A stretch of 64,000 nucleotides of DNA. Origin: Flavobacteriales bacterium (GTDB taxonomy: Bacteria; Bacteroidota; Bacteroidia; Flavobacteriales_D; Crocinitomicaceae). A program made the position numbers and the translations under genes. The DNA is taken from the NCBI GenBank assembly GCA_947488235.1, contig CANLAQ010000004.1, forward strand, positions 17,294-81,293, in the 5' to 3' direction. This document shows, piece by piece, positions 57,261-64,000 of this stretch (within the stretch, counting starts at the first letter, position 1; every line of letters starts with the position of its first letter). The notes under the pieces are model-generated. The model ran no database searches and was not told the origin of the DNA. It saw only the letters and a list, made by a program, of their open reading frames with translations.

Positions 57261-59285
57261 TTATTTCAGTTGAATATCACTTTGAATTTCTTCTCCGTTT
57301 TCAGCTTCCAAATCTTTACCACCACGACCTAAATGTGTCATGACATTACGGAAACCGATGTAAGATTTAGCAGTATCTTGATATTCGAATGTTCGTGTAG
57401 AGTTCATTAGGTAATACCCTATATCTTTCCAAGAACCTCCTCTAATTACTTTTCTTTTCTTTACTGGATGATCACCATCTTTGGCATCATATTGATATTC
57501 AGGATTGATGTCATGAGAAAACTCATAGGCAGATTCATCAAATGCAGTGGAACACCATTCAGCAACATTTCCTGCCATACAATACAAACCGAAAGTATTT
57601 GGCTGATAAGAATATACTTTAACAGTATGGAAACCTCCATCCTCAAAATATCTTCCACGCATTGGTTTGAAGTTGGCTAAGAAACAACCGTTGGCATTTC
57701 TGATGTAAGGTCCACCCCAAGGATATTGAGATAAATCCAAATCTCCTCTAGCACCTCTTTCCCACTCAGCTTCTGATGGCAAACGGAAATCATTAACAAA
57801 TAAATCACCGTTAGACAACAACCAACTATGGAATAATTGCGTTCTCCAAACTGAAAATGCTTTTGCTTGAGACCAAGTTACCCCAACTACAGGATAATTA
57901 TCATAAGCAGTATGCCAAAAATAATTTTGAGTCATTGGATCGTGGAAGGAGTAAGTAAAATCACGCACCCAACACATTGTGTCTGGATATACATGAATTT
58001 TTTCCTTTACAATAAATCTACTGCGATCAGAATGTCCACGAATGGCATTGTGTTGACCCTTTGTATTGGTAAATCCTAAATCCAAATCTTGTCCTGGATT
58101 AATAAGAATATCACCTTCAACTAAAGCATTGTTATTAATATCTCTAGGAATATATGTAGCGGAGGAATCCTTTTCATCAACGAATGCATTTAAAGTTTCG
58201 TCATACATTACTTGACTTCCATCAGCATTTAAAGTAGAACGATGTAAACCATTGTTTTTATAATCCTTAGATAAAGGATCTCTATGGTGTGCACCCGTTA
58301 ACTTATCGTCTGAATAATTGTAAGATTTACGAGAATCCACATCTGCTGTTTGAATTTTACCTCTTTTGGCAGCTTCTTTAAAGTCTATCCAATAATAATC
58401 ATAAAACAACAAACGGGTATCTAATTGCTTGTTCTTGAAATATTGTTCGTCTTCGCTCAAGAACATATCAGACAATAATAGAGCAGTTTCTGCATCAGAA
58501 TAATCGATTGGAACTGCCCAATTAAGGGTAAAGAACTTTCGATTTTCAATTCTACCGCCATTATCTTTTTGAAAATTCTTTGGTAAATCTTTAACGACAT
58601 CTGTTGATTTATCTGACTTACCTTCTTTAGAATAAGCTAAAAATAATGCTGAAACTTCATCTGTATTAAAAGTTAATTCTACACCTTTTTTCATTTCATC
58701 AGCAGTAAGCTTTTTTGGAGCTTTATCTAAACCTGCTTTTTTCCAATCAAAATTTGTTTTTTTTATTCCGTCATGTCCTGTTAACATTAAATAAGCCTTA
58801 TCTAAATCTTGACTGCTTTCAGGATTTAAAAACGGATCAAATGGCGTATTCGCACCTTGCAAATCTGATCCCATTGACATTAATGATCTATATGGCTCTC
58901 TAAAGAAATCATCAGGTACATTTACCCATTGTTCTGCATCTTCACCAGATTGTCTTCTGTACAATTTTTCTCTTGCGATGGAATCTCTCACCCAATCCAC
59001 AAATTGACGGTATTCATTGTTAGAAATTTCTGAAGCATCCATGTAGAAAGCTTGAACAGAAACCGTTTTTGTTCTTGCAGTATGCAAGCCCATGATGTCT
59101 TCGTCATCTTCACCAGATTGATATGCCCCAGAAGGAACATATATCATTCCGTAAGGAACTTTTCCAGGACCTAAGATATCTGGATAAAAGGTATCACGAC
59201 CTTTAACACCAACTAAGTTGCCTTCTACGTCTTCACAAGAGAATAACAAAGTAACAACAACTACTAAAGCAAAAATTCTTTTCAT
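57261..59285 (-). CDS. gldK: Gliding motility / T9SS lipoprotein GldK (PorK), FGE-sulfatase fold with a large internal insertion
   Basis: The ATG at 59285 gives MKRIFALVVVVTLLFSC (lipobox). The ORF-track start at 59363 adds 26 unlikely residues. The FGE-like segments are YGMIYVPSGAY..FYMDASEISNNEYRQFVDWV and YPVVGVTWSQAKAF..RGGSW, separated by roughly 330 residues. Confidence 0.88.
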   Translation of the reverse strand: MKRIFALVVVVTLLFSCEDVEGNLVGVKGRDTFYPDILGPGKVPYGMIYVPSGAYQSGEDDEDIMGLHTARTKTVSVQAFYMDASEISNNEYRQFVDWVRDSIAREKLYRRQSGEDAEQWVNVPDDFFREPYRSLMSMGSDLQGANTPFDPFLNPESSQDLDKAYLMLTGHDGIKKTNFDWKKAGLDKAPKKLTADEMKKGVELTFNTDEVSALFLAYSKEGKSDKSTDVVKDLPKNFQKDNGGRIENRKFFTLNWAVPIDYSDAETALLLSDMFLSEDEQYFKNKQLDTRLLFYDYYWIDFKEAAKRGKIQTADVDSRKSYNYSDDKLTGAHHRDPLSKDYKNNGLHRSTLNADGSQVMYDETLNAFVDEKDSSATYIPRDINNNALVEGDILINPGQDLDLGFTNTKGQHNAIRGHSDRSRFIVKEKIHVYPDTMCWVRDFTYSFHDPMTQNYFWHTAYDNYPVVGVTWSQAKAFSVWRTQLFHSWLLSNGDLFVNDFRLPSEAEWERGARGDLDLSQYPWGGPYIRNANGCFLANFKPMRGRYFEDGGFHTVKVYSYQPNTFGLYCMAGNVAEWCSTAFDESAYEFSHDINPEYQYDAKDGDHPVKKRKVIRGGSWKDIGYYLMNSTRTFEYQDTAKSYIGFRNVMTHLGRGGKDLEAENGEEIQSDIQLK

Positions 59286-59394
59286 TTTATCCTTTTTTGG
59301 TTCATTCGTTTTCCAAACTAACTTGCTACAGGTTGAATAAGTTTTGGTATAACGGCGGAACAATAAAAATGGTTACACAATTAATTAATCTGTC

Positions 59395-60342
59395 TTACAA
59401 CCAACGAGGGTGACGCGCTTTCGTCACTGGTGGTGGTGGTAAGTAATAACAGTATTTAACCAATAGTTCATGAGAACCACGGGAAATACTTGCCAATTTA
59501 TTTATAGTAATATCATAAGAATAACCAACAGTCATATTTGCCATTGGGCTATAACCCAAGACCACTGCAACTGCATCCGAAGTTCTAAAGGTCAAACCAC
59601 CATAGGCGATTTCCTTGTTGTTCTTCACATAAAAATATCGTGTATTGATGTCCGCTGAAAATTTCACTAAATCAGTTCTAACCAAAACATTCGCATCAAT
59701 ATTACCACCAGCGATATTCATCATTTTATATCCACCCATTAAATAATAATGGCGCGCTGACTGATAGCTTTGCGTTCCAGCAATAGTTGTGCTTTGTAAT
59801 AGCGATTCGCTTAAATGAGTAGAAGAAACTCCTGCGTAGTAGTTTTTACCTTTAAAATAAGCCCCGAAATTTAAATCTAAACTTGTAGCACCAAAACCAG
59901 CCACTGGAAGTGTTGGATCGATTAAAGTTTGAGGTGGTACCCATAAAGGATTCATACCATAATTCATCATTCCTACTCCAACACCCAAGCCTAAACGACC
60001 AGCATTACCAATTTGAATTGGATATGAATAATTTAAAAGTAAATTGTTTTGTCTTGAAAATCCAATGGCATCATGATAAAAAGAGATCCCTAATCCACCA
60101 GGAAAAAAACGATTCATGTTCGCTTCTACATTAAGTACAGCAGAATTTGGTGCGCCATTTACTTTATCCCATTGATTGCGATATATAGAGGTAGCACAAA
60201 TACCATCATCTAAACCTGTTTCACCAGGATTTAAACTCATCTTATCATAGAAGAAATGAGTCAGCAACTTGTCTTGTTGTGCAAATGCACTACTTGCAAC
60301 AATAAGCAAGGCAAGAGGTAGTAGTCTTAATTTCAATAGCAT
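59395..60342 (-). CDS. PorP/SprF-family type IX secretion membrane protein
   Basis: 315-aa ORF with a signal peptide ending AFAQQD. FFYDKMSLNPGETG.. and YRNQW are typical of the PorP/SprF N-terminus, the body is beta-barrel-like, and the gene sits directly upstream of gldK. Confidence 0.8.
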   Translation of the reverse strand: MLLKLRLLPLALLIVASSAFAQQDKLLTHFFYDKMSLNPGETGLDDGICATSIYRNQWDKVNGAPNSAVLNVEANMNRFFPGGLGISFYHDAIGFSRQNNLLLNYSYPIQIGNAGRLGLGVGVGMMNYGMNPLWVPPQTLIDPTLPVAGFGATSLDLNFGAYFKGKNYYAGVSSTHLSESLLQSTTIAGTQSYQSARHYYLMGGYKMMNIAGGNIDANVLVRTDLVKFSADINTRYFYVKNNKEIAYGGLTFRTSDAVAVVLGYSPMANMTVGYSYDITINKLASISRGSHELLVKYCYYLPPPPVTKARHPRWL

Positions 60343-60559
60343 ATGGTTTATTTAACAAGCATTTCTATTATAAACTTAACAAATTAAGCCTAAAAACAGG
60401 ATGCTAAAATAAAGAAAAAAATCAAATTGAAAAAAAAAGAACGCAATTAAATTAATTTTATGTTAATGTCAAGTTATAAATGACCAACAAAACAAAGGGT
60501 TTTAGCTTGATTTTTTTTCTAAAAATTTTATTAAAAAATTAATTTATTATTTAATCAAA

Positions 60560-61711
60560 TTAACCTAGTTTTTGGTATGTTTTCCACCATAAATCAGGCA
60601 TTTCATTTTTCATAGCATCATCGTAATCAGATTTATTGCAGGGTACCATATGATGGCGGTCAAATTTAGAGAATTCGCTTGGCGGATAGGGCACTTCCAT
60701 CCACCATCTTGCCGACTTATTGCTCTTGTAGAAAATAATCTCATGATTCCCCTCCTCCAAAAACACGGTAAAGCGTGTATAGTCTGATTTATCTCCCTTT
60801 GGGAAATCGCCTTTTCGAGAAACCACCCCATCGATAAAGTACCAAATCGTTTGTGCTACTAAATCAGCGGAAACCTCATTTAAATCTAAACAATTAAAAA
60901 TACCCAAACTGGTTACTTTGTCACTAATTCCAGCATACTTGGCCAGTTGACATATTTGATCAGCTCTGAAACCATTAGGATTAGCATTCGCATGATTTAA
61001 ATCAGCAGCCTTAACCGATTGAAAGTCGATACTAATGATGTCAGCATTTCTAAGTAAGGGCTCTGCTTTGGTGAAATCAGCATTGAATTCTCCCAAGCGA
61101 CAAATATCAAAAAACAACTTTTCAAATAAATCTACTTCTTTTGGTTTAGCGAAAGGGATTTGCAAACCAATATTGGAATGATTGAAAAGATAGCAAGGTC
61201 TGCGCAAAAGCAAGCTACCCACAAATCCATCGGCAGTTGGAGCTTCTTCTGCTTCTCCGAGGTCTAAATTAGAATCAATACAGCAACTATTTATTAATTG
61301 TTCTAATTGCTCATAGCCTATAAACATAGCAGTTGTCAAGTCTTGAGAGCCGCCGATTACCAATGGAATAATGTCATTTTTTACTAATTCAGCAACAATT
61401 TGAGCGAGCGCAAAATAAGTATCCTTCAATTCTTTTCCCGGAAGTAAATCCCCTAGGTCATAAATAGGAAGATCCCAATCCCTTGCTTTAAACAAGCGAT
61501 ATAATTTTTCTCGAAAAATATTGTTTTTGAGTTGACTTGAATTAATACCTTCTAGCATTCCGCGATATTCTGGAACGAAAAATAAAGCGCAAGACTTCTT
61601 TTCCATTTCAGGAAAACTTTCTTGATGTATTTGAATTACAGAACCTAATTGTTCTTCATCAAAAAATTGATTGGGTGAAATTGGCTGAAAATAAATTGAT
61701 AAGTCTACCAT
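60560..61711 (-). CDS. Arginase/formiminoglutamase-fold protein with substituted metal ligands and a C-terminal extension
   Basis: The 383-aa ORF is collinear with ureohydrolase motifs but carries substitutions. GGSQD replaces GG(D/G)H(S/E), IDSNLD replaces DAHxD, and SIDFQ replaces SxDxD. Confidence 0.6.
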   Translation of the reverse strand: MVDLSIYFQPISPNQFFDEEQLGSVIQIHQESFPEMEKKSCALFFVPEYRGMLEGINSSQLKNNIFREKLYRLFKARDWDLPIYDLGDLLPGKELKDTYFALAQIVAELVKNDIIPLVIGGSQDLTTAMFIGYEQLEQLINSCCIDSNLDLGEAEEAPTADGFVGSLLLRRPCYLFNHSNIGLQIPFAKPKEVDLFEKLFFDICRLGEFNADFTKAEPLLRNADIISIDFQSVKAADLNHANANPNGFRADQICQLAKYAGISDKVTSLGIFNCLDLNEVSADLVAQTIWYFIDGVVSRKGDFPKGDKSDYTRFTVFLEEGNHEIIFYKSNKSARWWMEVPYPPSEFSKFDRHHMVPCNKSDYDDAMKNEMPDLWWKTYQKLG

Positions 61712-61807
61712 GGATAATTTGTCATTTAGACAAAACTATCTATTCGAAGTGCAGTAATACTTCAGGTGGTGAAAAGAAATGAAACAAGTAAAGTGAATAA
61801 CTTGAAA

Positions 61808-62200
61808 TTATTGTTCTAGAATTGCTTTAATATTGGGGCGGAAATACAAATTAGACTTGAGTACTTTTCCGTCCTCCCGATAAATAGGATTTCCATTTTC
61901 ATCCAATTTACTCATGTTGGATCGTTGGATTTCTTCAAAGACTTCAATGATTTTATCTTGCAATCCATGTCTTAAAATAGTTCCGCAAAGAATGTACAAT
62001 TGATCCCCTAGAGCATCTGCTATTTCAACAATATCATTGTTTTTCGCAGCTTCTAAGTACTCTTCATTTTCTTCCTTCATCAAATTGAATCGCAGTTCAA
62101 TATCAGCTTCAGAAAGATTGGCGGTTGGAGCATAGTTGTTTTCGATACCAAAAGCATCGTGAAATGTTGCTACTGCAGCGATAGTTTCTTTTAATTTCAT
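61808..62200 (-). CDS. MazG-like nucleotide pyrophosphohydrolase family protein
   Basis: 130-aa all-helical ORF with the EExxE motif (KEENEEYLEA) and the downstream EIADALGD motif, typical of the small MazG/PRA-PH-like fold. Confidence 0.6.
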   Translation of the reverse strand: MKLKETIAAVATFHDAFGIENNYAPTANLSEADIELRFNLMKEENEEYLEAAKNNDIVEIADALGDQLYILCGTILRHGLQDKIIEVFEEIQRSNMSKLDENGNPIYREDGKVLKSNLYFRPNIKAILEQ

Positions 62201-62218
62201 AATAAAAAATTTAATTTC

Positions 62219-64000
62219 TTATTCTTCTAGAAGTGCTTTTAGTGCTACTTCAACTTTACTTGCATTCGGAAGCAAAGCAGCTTCTAAAATAGTGTTTAAT
62301 GGGATGGCAGGTGTGTCTACCGATCCTACAATTTTGATTGCTGCGTCGAGGTGTTTAAAATTATCTCTTTGCAATCTTCCTGCTAAACCAAGAGAGAAAG
62401 AACACTCGATAGATTCTTCGGTAACAATCATTATTTTACCATGACGACGACAAAGGGCATTCATAGCTTCATGATCCAGCGGATTCAAACTTCTTAAATC
62501 AAGAATCTCAACTTTTCCCGCGAAATTCTGAGCTGCTTCAAGTGACCAATATACTCCACGACCATAGGTAATAATACCGCAAGAACTTCCATCGTTAATA
62601 CTTGATTGTGCTGCTTCTATTACAATTCTAGCTTTCCCAATGGGAATGATGTAATCTTCGTCTGGTTCAGGAGACATTGCGCCTTCTGTGCCAGGGATTT
62701 TGGACCAATACAAACCTTTATGTTCAAGAATCACTACAGGATTTGGATCATAGAAAGCTGCCTTAATCAATCCTTTTAAATCAGCTCCTGTAGATGGATA
62801 AACCACTTTAATTCCTCTAATATTGGTCAGTACTGACTCTACACTTGACGAATGATAAGGTCCACCAGAACCATAAGCACCGATGGGAACACGAATTACG
62901 CAACTCACAGGCCACTTGCCATTTGACAAATAATAGGATCTAGAAACCTCCGTAAACAATTGATTTAATCCAGGCCAGATATAATCCGCGAATTGAACTT
63001 CAACGAAAGGTTTTAAACCAACGGCAGACATTCCAACGGTAGAACCGATGATAAATGCTTCTTGTATGGGTGTATTAAAAACACGATCATCTCCAAAAGT
63101 TTGTGCAAGTGTTGCTGCTTCTCTAAACACACCACCCAAGCGTCCGCCAACATCTTGTCCGTATAACAAAGCCTCAGGGTGTTTTTGCATCAATTCACGC
63201 ACAGCGAATAAAGCAGAATCAACCATCACTGTTTTCTTCTTTCCTACAGGTTCACGCGTGCCTTTTTCTTCCGTTATTTCCGTTGGAGCGAAAATAAAAT
63301 TAGTCACCTCTTCAGGCAAGGGTTCATCGGCATTAAGTGCTTGATCGTAGGCGGTATCAACCGACTTTTTGATGTCGGCTTCAATATTAATTATATCTGC
63401 TAATGAAACTCCTTTTTCTTGAATTAACTTGCGTAATTTAGGATACGGATCGCTCTTAGCTGCTTCGACGAGATCGTCTCTATACCATTCTTTTCGAACA
63501 CCAGAAGTATGATGGCCTAAAAGTGGAACTTTGGCATGCAGAATAAAGGGTCTTCTTTCCTTTCTTACCATTTCGAAAATTTCTTGAACTGTTTGGTAAG
63601 AAGTTTCAAAGTCACTACCATCGATTGACCTTACTTCAATACCATTAAAACCTTTTGCATAAGTTGCAATATCTTGTGCTCTTGTTTCTGAAGCGTTGGC
63701 TGAAATATCCCAACCATTATCTTGAACCAGATAAACAATCGGGAATTGCTTCAATGCTGCCATCTGAAAAGCTTCTGATACTTCACCTTCAGTACAAGAA
63801 GCATCTCCAAGCGAACAAACTACAATTGGTGCATTCGTTGCATCTACAGAAGATAATCCGGTTTTCTCTTTATACTGAATCCCCATAGCAATACCAGTAG
63901 TTGGAATTGCCTGCATCCCAGTTGCAGAAGATTGATGGATTATTTTGGGTTGGTGCTCATTATTTAGAGATGGATGCGCATAATAAGTTCTGCCTCCAGA
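62219..64000 (-). CDS. Fused alpha/beta E1 component of a 2-oxoacid dehydrogenase (TPP-dependent), 5' end beyond the right edge
   Basis: The ORF track lists 62219..63916, but the frame stays open to position 64000 (..GGRTYYAHPSLNNEHQPKIIHQSSATGMQAIP..). The N-terminal part resembles E1-alpha TPP binding (GDASCTEGE) and the C-terminal part resembles E1-beta (transketolase-like Pyr and C domains). Confidence 0.8.
   Translation of the reverse strand, partial: SGGRTYYAHPSLNNEHQPKIIHQSSATGMQAIPTTGIAMGIQYKEKTGLSSVDATNAPIVVCSLGDASCTEGEVSEAFQMAALKQFPIVYLVQDNGWDISANASETRAQDIATYAKGFNGIEVRSIDGSDFETSYQTVQEIFEMVRKERRPFILHAKVPLLGHHTSGVRKEWYRDDLVEAAKSDPYPKLRKLIQEKGVSLADIINIEADIKKSVDTAYDQALNADEPLPEEVTNFIFAPTEITEEKGTREPVGKKKTVMVDSALFAVRELMQKHPEALLYGQDVGGRLGGVFREAATLAQTFGDDRVFNTPIQEAFIIGSTVGMSAVGLKPFVEVQFADYIWPGLNQLFTEVSRSYYLSNGKWPVSCVIRVPIGAYGSGGPYHSSSVESVLTNIRGIKVVYPSTGADLKGLIKAAFYDPNPVVILEHKGLYWSKIPGTEGAMSPEPDEDYIIPIGKARIVIEAAQSSINDGSSCGIITYGRGVYWSLEAAQNFAGKVEILDLRSLNPLDHEAMNALCRRHGKIMIVTEESIECSFSLGLAGRLQRDNFKHLDAAIKIVGSVDTPAIPLNTILEAALLPNASKVEVALKALLEE

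Noticed and set aside
59286-59363. 26-residue N-terminal extension of GldK (MFRRYTKTYSTCSKLVWKTNEPKKDK)
   Set aside because: The internal ATG at 59285 yields a canonical lipoprotein signal peptide with lipobox LLFSC, as expected for GldK. The extension would bury it.
1-64000. Searched for a defence island, prophage, integrative element, toxin-antitoxin pair or secondary-metabolite cluster
   Set aside because: Apart from the single Y1 transposase-like frame, I recognised no integrase, recombinase, phage structural, restriction-modification, Cas, abortive-infection-type NTPase/nuclease pair, or PKS/NRPS genes. tRNA genes are present, but no direct repeats of their 3' ends were seen nearby that would mark an integration site.

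Overview
This window is a gene-dense, low-GC chromosomal segment that looks like Bacteroidota, most likely Flavobacteriia-like. The evidence is the gldH and porP-gldK-gldL-gldM-gldN gliding/type IX secretion genes, DUF families typical of the phylum, and repeated TAnnTTTG -7 promoter boxes. I cannot assign a genus from sequence alone. About 65 credible protein genes and 4 tRNAs fill the window, and no non-coding gap exceeds about 220 bp.

Content from left to right:
- The conserved tRNA-Thr/Tyr/Gly/Thr-tuf cluster.
- Two glycosyltransferases, saccharopine dehydrogenase, and a PAS histidine kinase with a stand-alone receiver.
- thyA-folA and 3-hydroxyanthranilate dioxygenase.
- A deoC operon with one full-length and one half-length aldehyde dehydrogenase.
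- radA-rsmI-holB-ricT-gldH.
- A cysteine-rich protein / TonB-dependent receptor / HMA protein trio.
- purF and waaA.
- An 11-gene translationally coupled nucleotide-sugar operon (WbpA/B/D/E-like, ugd, uxs, rfbB, CpsB-like phosphatase).
- menA, etfBA, a nucleoside permease, a SulP transporter with beta-carbonic anhydrase, and kbl.
- The T9SS core operon, an arginase-fold protein, and a fused E1 dehydrogenase that runs off the right edge.

I found no prophage, CRISPR array, classical defence island or integrase.

The least ordinary locus is 14958-15657. It holds an IS200/RAYT-like Y1 transposase frame with no canonical start codon. The frame abuts a composite array of two perfect palindromes and seven direct copies of an 11-nt motif, inserted exactly at the stop codon of a hydrolase gene.

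Other candidates worth follow-up:
- The vicinal-cysteine metal trio at 27237-30296.
- An arginase-fold protein with 3 of 6 Mn ligands substituted, directly upstream of the T9SS operon.
- A half-length, catalytically stripped ALDH paralog in the deoC operon.

All functional calls come from reading the translated ORFs against remembered family motifs. No database search was run.
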